The notes under the pieces are model-generated. The model was given only the letters and a program-made list of their open reading frames with translations. It was not told where the DNA came from and did no database searches. From Cycas panzhihuaensis (taxonomy: Eukaryota > Plantae > Cycadophyta): a DNA stretch of 64,000 bases. Position numbers and translations under genes: made by a program. The stretch lies in contig CM041465.1 of assembly GCA_023213395.1 (NCBI GenBank), forward strand, positions 119,109,741 to 119,173,740. Direction: 5' to 3'. This document shows, piece after piece, positions 12,960 to 27,379 of the stretch. Each line of letters begins with the position of its first letter. Positions within the stretch are counted from its first letter, which is position 1.

Positions 12960-13510
12960 TATGAGACATTATGAAAAAATAGAAGTAGTGGGAAGTTGAC
13001 AATTATGATTGGGAGCCATTTTATTGGAATATATGATTTATTATATATGTAATATTTAATGTTAGTGAGATATACACATACATAATCCCACCAATCACAT
13101 ACATTGAGATATGTAAGATGCACATGTATCCATGTAATCATACTATTGAATGATGTAAAGCATCAAGAGAAATAATAGGTTACTCATGAGATGAATCATA
13201 ATATAAATATGTACACACATCACTTGATAACTTGATCAATGATTGAGAAAGGAGGTGGATTTATTTTGATCGAAAAGGAGTTTCAACTCTATCTTCTCAT
13301 GTGATTTTTTTCACATTGAGTTATTCACATATAAATATGTTGTCTCTATTATGGTGAATGCTTGGTGCATGCTTGATATGGTATCTACTTTATGATTCAT
13401 ATTTATTCATTATATATATACATATCTCATAAGATAATTCTATCAATATATTTGTATCTTATATTCTATTGTGTTATGCTCTATATTTCTAATATGGTAT
13501 CATAGTGCAA
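12960..13510 (+). mobile_element. Degenerate LTR followed by iMet-type PBS
   Basis: ...ctaata TGGTATCATAGTGC at ~13495; partner LTR not found; left boundary approximate. Confidence 0.35.
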
Positions 13511-13616
13511 TTATAAATTCTAACATATTTCTATTAGTTATTATATACAATATTCTAAGCCACTAAAGCCCATAACTTCTACTAGATTTAATGATATTAA
13601 TGATAAAATTGAATCA

Positions 13617-14954
13617 TGTAAGGAAGGAAGTATAGTTTAGAGAAGTAAGAAGAGAAGATTTTTCTTCAACCTAAGGATGTTAGAAGGGTTTTCATAAGAA
13701 AAGTACAAAGTGCAAGTTCTATGAAAGGGCAAGTTAGTAACCAATTAGATTTTAGAAGGCTTAAACTTGGAACTTTATATTTATTTTTGGTAAGCAAGAA
13801 GGTACCTAAGTCTATTAGTAAATCTTTTATAAATTTTCCAAAGTTATGTTAAGAAATTCTATGAGTCAAAGGAATAAAAGCATACTCTCTATTATAGGAA
13901 AAGTATTTTGAACATAGTTCATTTTTCCTAATGATAACTTACTACAACATTAAGGAGAGATGGTTAAAAGTTACTTTGGTTAAAAGTCAATTATTGGATA
14001 TCTAATGTTTACTTTATTTGAGCTATTATAGCTTAGTTAAGCACTTATAGGGAAGCTTATCTAAAGGATTCTGAGATAGGATTGAGTTGAGTCCCTTATG
14101 TCCTAAGTACCAATGCTAAGAATGAACTTGAATGGAGTAAGTCCTCATTTCCTATTAGAGTTAAGTGAATCCTTTATATTTATCTTGAATTATCATATGA
14201 GTGTAAAATTTAAAGGTTAAGAGAGGGTTGAGTTAAGCCCCTTATGCTCTAAATTTTGTTGTTGAGATAGGGTTGAGCTAAGCCCCCTATAGTCTAGTTA
14301 TTATATATATGATGGTTAACCAAGTTCCCTATGCATTGGTTATTGCATTTTATGATTAGTAATATGGTATGAAACATGTGGTTATGTAGTGAGTTAGTCC
14401 AATTAGATTACTTTAGTAGTGAGCCATATGTAGGATATCATTTTTTGATCTTGTTTGAAGGACAAGAAAGTATGAAAGTACATGTTATTAAAGAAATAAT
14501 TGTAGAGATTATAATAATAAATGAAGACAGAAACATTTTCAAAGAAAACTTTTAAAAAATGATAGTTGGGATGGAGTGAAGAGTGAATCATCAATAGTCC
14601 AGTGATCATATCAAGTGCTTTAACTCAGAGGTGCTTCCCTCTTCAAGATTATAATTGGTTTGGTAGTGAATCCCTTTATAACAATCTAGTCAGATCTTCC
14701 CCTTAATGTAACTCTTTTATATTCTCTTATATTTTATTATTTATAATGTAATGGATAACAAAAAATTGTTATAAATGCTTAAGCACCTATATTCACTTAA
14801 GTCTATCGCATCCATAGGGTCCATATTTATGTTAAAATTGTGATATTTGATCTAAGTTTTTAGAAATTTTGTTACTTGACTTATTAAATAATTGAGTTAG
14901 GTTTCCATTAGAGTATTTATCACGAGTATTGTATGCATAGAAGGGATCATGACA
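13617..14954 (+). mobile_element. Probable Gypsy LTR remnant with internal spaced repeats
   Basis: Begins TGTAAG and ends GGGATCATGACA (Tekay/Del-like end); three copies of a GAGATAGGGTTGAGCTAAGCCCCTTAT-like motif at 14073, 14221 and 14264; no TSD match. Confidence 0.35.
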
Positions 14955-17900
14955 GCTGAATTTTAGAAGGCATATGTCAGCTCACCAATATACAACGAAT
15001 AATAGATGACTATTAAGGGTGTTGTTACTTCAAATTAAGGACTCTCTAATCTCTTTATATCACCTTAATATAAATTTGTATATCCCCTTAGCCTCTCACT
15101 ACATGATACACAAGTAGCAAGTTGGATCTATTATGAAGAACAAGCTTGTATGTGCTAGTGTAGTTGCTTCGTGAGTGTTATTCTCACTATAAAGAGCTAA
15201 AAATAAAAGAGGAAGAGAAGTAAGAAGAGGGAAGATCTAATGATGCAATTACAAAGACACCTACTTAAGCATTCTAAGCAACTGTACAAAAGGGAGCATG
15301 TAACATTAACTAAGCAAACATATAACAATGGCATAAATGCAAATAAGAGTTATGGATTCCAAGCACACTTACACTTTGTTTTCCCTATTAGATCACATAT
15401 AAAAATGTAAGAGAGAGAGGGTAAAAGATGAAGGGGGTTGCCCTTTGGTTTTATTTTTTTCTTTCATTTTTTTTAATGTTTTACTTTTTCGGTATTTCTC
15501 AAAGTGTATACTCCAGTAAGATATTAGGTTTTTGGGGTATTTAAAAAAGTATGTATACTTCTAAAAGTATGCTAATATGACACATCACAAATAAATAATG
15601 TTATATAAATGGATGCTAGATAAATTCCTTTACTATACGAGATGATAAAATAAAATGAAAGTAAAAAAGAAATGGAAATGAAAATATAGTTTTATTAAAA
15701 TATTTAATACACCTCTTTTATAAATGTATTTTAAGGTATTATTGTACCATATGATGTATCATATTGAAATTAAAATGTAATGGATAAACGTGTTGAGTTT
15801 GCCCCCTTATCACATAATGGGCTAATAATATTGACTCATTATGTGAGCTAATGAGATTCATTATTGAGGCATATAGGGTCTATAAAAGGCTCCAAAACCC
15901 TCTCATTTGTACATTGGTATTTTGTATATACAGAAGCTCTGTTAGAATATAGATTAAGTAAGTTTTGGAAGTCATAGTTCTTTATAATCAATTTGCTTTG
16001 TTCTAGTATTCTATTCTATTTTTGTTTTAATATTTGTATACATATATGTTATCTTGATCTTATTTTATTATTTTACATGGTATCAAAACTAAAAAATATG
16101 TGTATAATTAGTTGATTGTAGGTTCTCCTAGCTCATCTATTGAAAATGATAGAATGTTTGCTAAAAATGACACTCCATTTGTCCTATTTTAATTTGTTCC
16201 CATATTATTTTATCATAGTCTAAGTCATTTGACTACTAAGTGCGATTCATGACTGGTGTCCATCACTAACACTATCTATATATCTGTGTGTGGTCCCCAA
16301 CCCTTGTTTGAAGCTATTCTAAAAAAAATAATATCTCGTTGGTGAGATGTATCATCATTTTCATTTTTGTTTATTTTTGTAGCCACTATTTCCTCTCCAT
16401 TGACTATATGATTTGGATATTATCCTATGTGAATCTTTTTTGCTCAAAATAACCTCTTGGCCTATGTATACCTAATTTTAGGATTGTTCATAAGGGTTAC
16501 AACTCGATTTGATTGAGTCTCTTCACGATTTAACTATGGTTGCATATGCACCTTCTGTTACATCTCCCGTGCCTTGTTTCACTTTGAGTAACCTTTGTGC
16601 AGCCCAATATTTGATTTGTTGGCTCTGTAGGAGTATTTAATCATATATTGGACTAGATCATTGGCATTAGTATCAAGTTTAATCAATTTTTAATACATTT
16701 CATCCAACTATATTTATCGTTCATTGAAAAAATTAGCACAGTAACATCAAATTTATTTTATCATTGATACGATTTATTTTTTACAAAGCTTGATTTATAT
16801 TAAGCCATATTTAAATCTCTTTTGAATTCCACCATCCCTTTAATGTCTTAGCAGCTAGTCATATAGTATCGTATTATGGCCAGGGGCTTATAAGTTAAGG
16901 GGGCTAAAAGCCTTCCCTTGTTTATTTTGTTTGCATAAGGAGTACTTCTTACCTTTTTTATTGTAACTTTATAATGAGAGGTCTGATTTGTGAACTGCCA
17001 AATTTATCAGATTCTTAACTCAAAGCTCTATGATTTGAAATTAGTTTCAACCTAATTTGAGTAGATTTTTAAGGGGTTTGAAGTAGCCACATTTGACCCT
17101 TTTTGGGGGCCTTATTAAGTCTATTTTCATTAATTGAAGACTTATTTTTATATCTTATAAAGGGTTTTTCTATTATTAATTATTAATTTATATATCATTA
17201 GATGTTCAACATATTTTTTGGGCTAGCATCTATAGTTGTTTTATTGTTGTAGGTGCCTTACTTGTGAGAAGCCAACTAGACTTTTCTTATAAACTTTGTC
17301 CTTTTAGAGCACCCTAAACCTTAACTTCTTTTTATTTTTTATATTTCCTTTTGTCTCATTATTTTTTTTAATTAAAAGGAGCCATCTCTTAATTAAGATC
17401 ACCTTTAAAATCAAGTTCAACTTGAAAGATTAACAAAGATAACTCTTAAATTTATAGATAAAACTTTTCTAGTCTTGCAAGGGGAATAATTATAACCCCT
17501 GAAGTTACCACTCTATATATGTTAATGGTCTTTCTCAAATTCTATAGATATTAGAGAATCCCATTAGTTATCAAGTGTATTAAGTGGCAAGTTGAGGTGT
17601 AAACTTTTCTTAGATTTTTGAGATCACGCTAGACTTAGAGTGCATGGGTGCCTTGGTTTTGAGTCCTTCACTAGATCTATTACTAGGCATAACACTAGTG
17701 TAGGTAGATAAATAGATCAAGGGGGTCATCATTCTTTTTGTAGTCCTCGTAATGAGATATATAGAGCTTAATACTCATATATCGGTATATAGGGTCCCTA
17801 ATTTGTCACCCTAGGTAGGCACCATTAGATAGAATAATAACTAAGGGCTTCTTAGAGACCCTAATACTTAGTATTCTAGTTTAGTAGCCCCTTAGGTAGT

Positions 17901-18149
17901 AGAACACAAAGACAATATAAAATGGTAAAACAAATCCTTATGTTAAACATAATTAAACTTAGTAGAACCAATAATTTTATCACTTGAAAAAAAAAGTCAA
18001 AAACCTGTTGATAATGAATGACTATTAGGCCTATGTCAATGGGGATATTGCTCAACCAACACCCACCAAGGACCCAAGTAACCTTAATCAAGAGATTCCA
18101 CTAGATCTTATTATCCTTATAACTTTTAAAGTTAAATATAATATTGTCC

Positions 18150-21100
18150 TTTCTTTTCTATACCTTACTTTAAAATACCAAGTAGACCAAAACATAGAAA
18201 CTATTAAAATATCTTATAAGGCTTGGAGTATCACATACTCCCTCTATGAGTAAAAAGATGACTCAAGCTCTATAACCTTGAAAGATTGTCTTTTTTCCAT
18301 TCCCTTTGCTTGCACTATAACTACTCACCTTATAGAAATTAAAACCATCAAAAATCAACTCATCAACCTTGGTACCCATCCTTCTAACTATAACTTAGTG
18401 TCTAGTATCATCAACACCCTTTCTATTGAATACAATAGTTTTGTATTTAGACTATATGATACCTTTTCTAAAATGGAATTTAATACCTTGGAAGAATTTT
18501 TGCTTAGGGAGGAGAACATCATAAATTACAAAGGAGTGACATCCATATCTAACTTTATACTTACATTTGTAGCTAGAAATTTAGTGAGGGATCAACCACC
18601 TCAATAGCAACATCAACAACCACCTTAACTACAATCCATTGCTTAATAATTTAGTTCATTGAACCTCACTCCTCAACAACAATAGCTACAACCTTCAAGG
18701 AATTTGCAGAGAAGATAAAATATCACCTATATATATTATGGCAAGAATGAGCATCTTGTAGTAGATTGTAGAAGGAAATAAATAGACCTGCAACTCCTAT
18801 GAAATCAAGGTAAACAATAAGGGGGCCAATATTTTCAATAGAATAGGAACCAGGGCAACTAGAGTAGAAATCAAAATCATGGGCAATCTAATAGGCAAAG
18901 AGCCAACTAAGAAATCAAAAGTTCAATTGGAATGCCCAATAAGGAGGCAATGTAGTTACTTCACAAGACAATTCAAAGAACCTTTTCTATGCAACCTTGT
19001 TATCTCAATATGATGGCAAGTTTTGGTTGATTGATTTTGGTGCCACTCGTCAGATGACTAGCACTGAAGACTTACTTAAGGATACCAATCTTATTAGGGC
19101 TCAAATGGTGATATTTAGAGATAATATCATAGTTGACACTACCAAAATTAAAAGAGCCCCTATTGCTTTGAAGAACTCCAATGTTTGCAACCATATTAGT
19201 AACATTTTTTTGGTTCTTATTATAAAATAGAACTTGTTGTCAGTCAACCATACCAATAAGCAAAAACTTGATGTTCTATTCAACCAACGTATCTACACCA
19301 TCATAAATCATGCCACATGATGGTTAATAGCTACAGGATATGAGAATAATAAACTATACAAATTAGATAAAGTTTCCCTCATCACCACACCATAATAAGA
19401 TGGTAATTAAAGTTGTATATCTATACAAATCAATCACTTGGATAAAGGTAAAGCAATCATAATTAAAGACCTACCTATAAAAGAAATCCAAGGTGAATGT
19501 TCATATCAAAATGAGCAACCCCTAATAAAGAATACTAAGGACCGATTATAACATCAACACCTAGGTCACCTAAATATGCAAAGCTTTAACCTCATATATA
19601 GGCTATAAATGGTGTATAGATTGCCAAAAATCAAAAGAACTAATTGCATTTATGAGGCATGCTTAGTGGGAAAATAACAAAGAAAGACATTCCCTTCCAA
19701 CAAGGCTTAGCATGCATATAAACCATTGGGTTTGATTTACTCAAATATCTATAGATCCATGCCAATTTCATTTCTCAATGGAAGTTAGTTCTTCATGACC
19801 TTCATAGATGATTACTCAAGGAAAGTTTGGGTCTACCTTCTTCAACACAAATTTGAAACTTTTGAAAAATTCAAGATCTTCAAGGCAGAAATAGAAAATA
19901 AAATTGGCATGTTAATTAAGGTGCTTAGATTAGACAATGGAAGAGAATACACTTCAAATTAGTTCACTAATTTTTGCTCAGAATTTGGCATTAAATACTA
20001 ATTTTTTGCTCCACACACACTACAACAAAATGGTGTAGCAAAAAGAATGAACCAAACTTTAGTGAATAAGGTGAAGGTCATTTGAATGTTGCACACCTAG
20101 CTACCCATTTTTGGGCAGAAGCTCTCTCTACTACTACATAAATCACAAATAAAAGTTCTAGTATAGTAGTAAGAGATATCATACCTAAGGCGGCCTAATC
20201 ATGCATAAAGCCTACTATCTCATACTTAAGGCTATTTAGGTGTATGGCTTATAAATTCATCCCTAAAGAAAACAAGGAAAAGTTGGATGATAAGAGCTTA
20301 AAGTGTAACTTTCTTGGATATATGCTTGGATGTAAAGCTTACAAAGTATATGACCCCATTGGGAATCAGGCATATACCACTCAAGATGTTATTTTTACTA
20401 AAGACACACTAGACTCAGACCCTTCATAGATTTAATTTATTATAAATAATGGGATATTATTCCAAAAGTACCTCTTGTACCAATTCTTGAGCCACTTGTA
20501 CCAACAACATCTTACACACTAAGTCCATCTTTAGCACCATTAAATTTAACCTCCAATTCAAATGCTACCTCTATAATGCCACTTATATCAACTAATGTTC
20601 TTCATGTGGAGGTCACTAGTATTCAAAAACCTCCAAAGTGGTACCAACAATTGATAAAGGATGCACCTCCTTCTCCTGTTACTCTGAAAAGAGAATCTAG
20701 CTTGAGGCACTCCATAAATTATACCTCAATGGCATATGTCCTTGAGACTTTTAAGCCTTTGATATTTGAGGAGGCAGTCAAAGATCAAATGTGGAAAGCT
20801 ACAATAGATGAAGAAATGACCTCAATAATTAAGAATGATACATGGAAGTTGATTGAAGTACCACCTAGAAAGAAGCCAATTAATTGTTAATGGATTTATA
20901 AGACAAAACTTCATACTAATGGTACCATTGAGTATCATAAAGCTCACCTAGTTACAAAAGGTTTTAAATAATAAAGAGGGGATTGATTATAAATAGACTT
21001 TTATATCTATTGCCAACATGACCATATCCCATTTAGTTATGTCACTTGTAGCCCAATTCAACTAGCCTATTTACTAGATGGATGTGAAAAGTGCCTCCTT

Positions 21101-21624
21101 GAATAAAGAACTCATTGAAGAGGTTTTCTTGAAGTAAACTCATAGTTATGTTGTTCCTAGAAAAGAAGACATTGTTTGCAAACTCAAAAAAGCCCTATAT
21201 AGATTAAAGTAGGTACCACATACCTAGTATTCCAATATTGATGCCTTGTTCAAATAGCATGGATTCACTCATTCACTCTCTAATCCTAATCTCTACATTT
21301 ATATTAGGGGCAATCTAATCACTCTTTTAGTGTTTTATGTAGGTAACTTGGCTTTAACTAAAAATAATGATGAGGGAATAACTTAGCTCTAATTAGAACT
21401 TAAAAGTAACTTTGAGATAATAGACCTTCGATTGCCATATTATTTCCTTAGTATTAATGTGTGGCATGAACCTAGTCATATATTTCTATCACAATCTAAG
21501 TATTCAAATGAACTTTTATATTAGTTTAAAATGGGTGATTGTAAACTATCACTAATACCAATGGAAATGGAGACCAAGCTATCTCTAAATAAATAGGATA
21601 ATCCCTTTAATCCTACCTTATACC
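18150..21624 (+). pseudogene. Element 2 gag-PR-INT-RT (5' part), heavily decayed
   Basis: Decayed zinc knuckle ~18721-18775, FWLIDFGATRQMT (PR), FIDDYSRKVWVY and HTLQQNGVA (INT), KLDDKSLKCNFLGY, MDVKSA (RT); breaks at NPTLY|R. Confidence 0.9.
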
Positions 21625-23407
21625 TATTAATGTGGAGGTTGTTTATTAAGCCACTGAGTTAATGTTAATGTGCTTTAACTAAGGTGATTAAGCAAAAGGT
21701 ATGAGTTATTTAGAGGGTCATAACCCTAATCGGGTGACACCTCTTAGAAGAGTATAAATACCTTGAGCCCTTATGTATTCAATGTATCAAATCAATTGTG
21801 CAATAATCAATGTGATCCATCAAGGATCCTTTTGTGGTGGGTTTTTTTCTCGAAAGGATTTTTTCATGTAAATCATGTGTATTGTGTATCTATTTTCTCG
21901 TATGCATTTTATTTGCTTACTATGTATGATTAAAGATTTTGTAGATTGAAACATTTATATATGATCTTATGTTCTTGAACATGACATTAGAGACGTCTGA
22001 CCCCTACACAACCAAGCTTGACATTGAGTGAAGCGGTGTGATCGTCAGTTGTTGAGTGAAGCTATTAAACCCATGACTTGTCTTGAGGGTCCATCATCTC
22101 TAGAAACATGTAGAAATAGGCACAGTGAATCAATGGTGGTTGAAGCAGTGAAAATCACTATTCAATAGAGCATAAGGGTTTATTAGAGTTAATATTTAGG
22201 CATGAAGGCCACGTTTGTGATTAGAGTTGGCTTGTTGGGGGCCATCCAAAGCAGGTTGATGATATGTAAGGTTGATTCAAGCTAGCAGAGCATATACTAA
22301 TGGTGATTCAATGACTTTAAGGATAGTCACCCATGTATACACATGAGTTGGTTCTCTACTCAACAAAAGCACTATAAAATAAGTTTTTTGTGGCCATTAA
22401 AGACATCTTATCTATATAAAGAAGGGACTGGAGCCTTGTTTAGAGTGTTTGCTACCCTCTATACTAAAACTAAATTACATTTATAGCATCATAAATTATT
22501 ATAATTATACTTTGAATTGTAGAGCATTTGCATGAGCATGAGGACCTCTTATTGTATTTATATACATAATTCAAGCCCCAAATAGTGGTATAAAAGTCAT
22601 CGGGCCTTTTTCATTATGGTTCAGTTATTTATATGTATGAGGATCATTGTGTATATAGTTGTATAACTAGTTAATCCTACTGCATCCTTGTATATGCTCG
22701 CTAGGCTATGCAAAGTGTGACTAGGCTATCCATTTCTTTCCTTACCAATCATTTATCTATATGGGAGGCCTCATTCTGTAGGGAAGATTGTAGGTCTACG
22801 GGACGTCAGTGTTAAGCTTGTGGCTACTATATATTTGATTCATTTTATGGAATTACATTTGGTGTATTTTACTAAGCTTTGAACTTAGTAATACATAGAT
22901 ATCTTTTGCGGCTAATCTAAAAGCACGTGGGTTTAGTGATAAACATATGGACTTTTTCAAAAGTCACAATTTTTTAGAATATACCTTTCGACATATTCTC
23001 TCTCTTATATAACTTTATAAAGTGACCTATATACCATTGATCTATCAAATTATTATATGGTGTATTGTATTTGGGGCCCTTGTGAGTTGTTTTAAGCACA
23101 GATTGAGGAGATTTTTCAGTGTTTTGACTTAGAGACTATGCATTTATACCCTATGGGGCCATCCTTTATTCTTAGAGCACTATTGTTAAGTACCTTAAGG
23201 GTCATTTTTTATATTTTTAAGGTTATTTATGGGTGTTTATTTGCCATTATGAGAGAAAGCGATGATGACTTGCTCAACGCATGTATAGTCGATGTTTGGT
23301 GCCCTCCATAGCGAGCCCTTAAGCTAGAGGAGGACATAAGGGTGTATTTTCATCCTATAGACATTCATTTTGGTGTTGTTTAATTCATATGAAAGCCTGT
23401 TTCAGAG

Positions 23408-25465
23408 ATGGAATGCATTATACCCAAGATTATCTTCAACGATAATAATTTTAGCGAGTGGAAGGCTAATATAGAGCTCATTTTAATGGTGAATCAACTC
23501 TAGCATATTACCAAGGTGAAGGTGGATATGATTCCACTAAACTATGAAGAGTGTGTTCGTCCCAAAGAAAAAAAAAATGATGGTCATGGTAATCGTTGAA
23601 ACTATCATTGGTGCTAGACCAAAAGCCTTGCTTCACAACTGGATGAACTAGACAAAATATGGACAAAACTGTGTGATACATTTGAGGAAGAAAGGACGAA
23701 TAGACATCTTGTACTTATGTTGGAATTATTCAAATCATGTGGAAGATGAGAATAACATCAACTCTTACCTTAATAAAATCAGACTTGAAGAACAAGTTAG
23801 AAGAACTAAATCATAATTTGATTGATGATACCTTGCTATTTGATATAATCATGTCGAAGCTACCAATTGTGTTTGCCACTTTCCAAACCATCTATGGTAG
23901 AGATGAGGTGATGGAAGTAGAAAGATTTGATGGACTTAAAAACTTAATTCTAGCGAAGATGCAAGCTTAAACATCATGGAATACTTGGAGGTTTTAATTC
24001 AAGTCATGCCCTAGCCATGAAAACTCAAAGAAGGGAGGCCACTAAGGAGGAGAAGATCATATAAAGGTTAGGAGAAAGTTCACAAAAAAAGAAACAATTG
24101 AACAAAAAATATAATTACTACAAGAAGGATGGTCACTGAGAAAAGAATTATTGGTTTAAGCATCATGATAAGCATAAAGTTAACTAGGATGATAAGGGGA
24201 AGAGTGTTACTGCTCATTGTGTCAAAGTGCATTCCTTATCAGCTAAGTCAAATTGGAGAGATTAGTAGATGCTTGAATCTAGAGTGTAAAAGCATATCTC
24301 TTACTAGAGGTAGAACTTTGATACGATGACTGAAAATCAGAGTGGTGCTAAAATTATCCTTAGAGATACTCACATCTTACCGGTGAAGGTATCGACGAAG
24401 TATCCATTACAGGACATAAGTTTATCAGGGTATACTATGTACCCAATATGTAGTTGAACCTTCTTTAATCTTGAGAGATCTATAAACAAGGCATGAAGAT
24501 GAAGCTCTACAATGATAAATGCCTGATTAAGGATCTAAAGTAGAACTTTGTTGTCATTGCTACTGGGAAAGTTAGGGACAACTTTTGGGTATTTAAAAAT
24601 TTTCAATCTCAAAAGAAGTCTTATACCTTTGTTACTAACATAGATGACATTAATAAACTATGGAATAATCACCTCAAACATCTTAATTACAGGAGTATTA
24701 CACTATTGAAGAGGTTGAAGATGGTGGAAGGATTGCCAACAGTTTCATGCTCAGATGGTGTTTCTAAAAGGTGTATGTATAGCAAGCATCACTGCTACCC
24801 TTTTTCTCAGGATAATGCCTGGAGAGCCAAGGAGAAGTTAAAGCTTGTATACTCAGATATAATGGGATCACTCCCTCACCCTTTGATATCTAGAGCTTAG
24901 TATACCCTTATGTTTGTAGATGATTATACTAGGAAGGCCTAGGTCTACTTTCTCAAGAATAAGTCAGATGTGTTTGATCACTTTCGTGACTAGAAAGTGA
25001 TGGTAGAAAATGAATGTGATAAGAAAATAAAATCTTTAAAAAGTGATAATAGCAAGGAATATGGAAATCATGCATTCAATCGGTTCTATTGAGATCATGG
25101 TATAAAGCAGAATTTACGGTCTCGTATACCCCACAATAGAATGAAGTTACTAAAAAGAAAATTGTACCATGATGGAGATGGTGAGGTGTATGGTACACAC
25201 TAAAAACCTGCTATTGAAGTTTTGGGCAAAAGTTATGGTGACTATTGTTTATATTTTTAACTAGGCACCACTCAAGCAGTTCATGGCATGACCCTCGCAG
25301 AGAAATCGACCGGTCAAAAGCCTGTCATTAGGTATTTAAAAACTTTTAGGTGTATTGTATATGCCCACATCCCAGATGATACCCATAAGAAGCTGGATCA
25401 GAAGAGTTTGAAGTGCATATTCATGGGATATTACTCTGAGAATAAAGCCTATAGACTATAGGATC
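23408..25465 (+). pseudogene. Element 3 gag-PR-INT, decayed
   Basis: NNFSEWKANIELIL (gag), AWRAKEKLKLVYSDIMG, FVDDYTRK, KKLDQKSLKCIFMGY, KAYRL(W)D| break. Confidence 0.9.
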
Positions 25466-27291
25466 TATTTTCCAGCTACCTGGAATGGACATGGATAGCA
25501 CCTCTTAGGTAGGCACAAGTATGTATCTCTACCCGTCCCCCTGCTCATTTCATGACATGGTGAGATGCTTTATGGTTATATTAGTGCAACATTATTACAT
25601 AGGTAGTTTTGATACTTGGTTTGTTTGCCTATTTTATGTATGTGACTGTGATCCAGCCTATGACAACTTAGGACCATGGTCCTATGACACTACACAGCTC
25701 TAAAAGACATCTCCCTAACATTCTTGAGTACTTGTGAGCCCCCTGTAGCTCATCTTTGACTCATGTTTAGCCTCTTGTATGACTCCTAAGATACTCTTTT
25801 GGCTTAATTTCCCTTTTTCATACTTTTGCATCCTTGTTAAGGCCTGTTTTGCACCTTTTTACATGTTTGGGAGGCCCCACCACTGCCTAAAGGTCCTTTA
25901 AAACCCTTACTAGTTTAACAAATCTTATTATTGCATCCTGGGACTAATCTTTTAGGGATCTCTTAGGTTCTTTTTTATTTTTCCCTATGTTCCCCCTACA
26001 TCGTAACAATATTCGCAGTACCGCATCAATAATCATGGTACTATAAAGTTTACCATAGGGCGATAGTCCATAAACTATTGCGGCTAGATAACGACTAGTT
26101 TCACATTCATTACGAAATTGTTGCATGGTTGGGAGCCTCTTCCCACCTAGAGCAAATCCTAAATGCTTGAAATCCCTAATTGGGACATAAAAACCCAATT
26201 TTAAATTTATTTGCTCTCTCTTAGCTTCTTAAAGAATAGAAAAAATGCCTCTCCTCTCCCACTTGCACTTTTCTTCTCATACTTCTTTTCTGTAAGGGTA
26301 AAAACCCTAATACATAGGTTTGAAGGAGATCTCTCTTAGTAAGTTCCTCCTATCGTGTGCTCAGTCTAGCAGTAGCAATAAGATTCCAAAGCTTGAAGGC
26401 TCTTTCTCGCTTCTAAAGAGGCCTTTCTTCACCCTAGAAGTAGGATTCCTAGCTCTCCATGCTTGTTGATGAGGTAATATTTGGTTTGTCTAATTTCTAT
26501 AACTGAGAATAGGTTTGTTTTTGTTGTTTCTTATTTTAGCAATTTTGTTTCATTTAGCCGCATCTTTCATTATATGTTTCGGCATATATTTTGCTCCTCT
26601 TTGGTAGGCAAAGGAAGGCAAACCCTTCCTTTCTTCATTGGCTCTCCCCCTCAACCCCTTGGGTCCTCCTTTAGCTAACAATTGGATGGATTTTGGACAC
26701 TTTGGAGAAGGAGAAGAGGAGCAAATAGTCAAGTTCGACTCCTTATGCTATATCCTCTAGGAAGCCCCTACTTCTCAAAGTTTCCTACACCATATCTGCT
26801 CTACAAGCTAGGGTATCCCTTCAAGTGTAGGTCTCACTTTTGATTATAGTATTTGTAACACTTGCAATGCTTGCATTTAGCTTGTATATGTATTATTTAC
26901 CAGCGATATCCATGATTTATTTCTTTCTTATATGATATTTATATTTCTTGCCCATTTTACAAACTTTGCAAACCTTACAACATTTACAACTTTTGCAATT
27001 TTCGCAACATTTGGAACTTCTTGCAAGTTGCTTTGATTTTAAGTTTGCTTGAAGCTCTTGATCTCTATCTAATCTGCTTATGCAGTACCTGAGCACATAG
27101 GAGGTGGTTCCCTTAAGAGAGCTAGCCATTCTGAAGCTACCTGCTTCTTTATTCTCAAATCCCCCCTTTCTCCCTAAAAAGTTTTATAAGATATTGTTGT
27201 GCATAAGGAAAATCATACATAAATCATTTATTTCTTTCTTTTAGGATATAAAGTAAACTTTATTTCCACTTTGATAAGGTACACACACATG

Positions 27292-27379
<88 letters not shown>

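Noticed and set aside
14073-14295. Three ~28-bp repeats with spacers, superficially CRISPR-like
   Set aside because: Repeats are diverged, spacing is irregular, there are no cas genes, and the context is a eukaryotic LTR; these are ordinary LTR sub-repeats.
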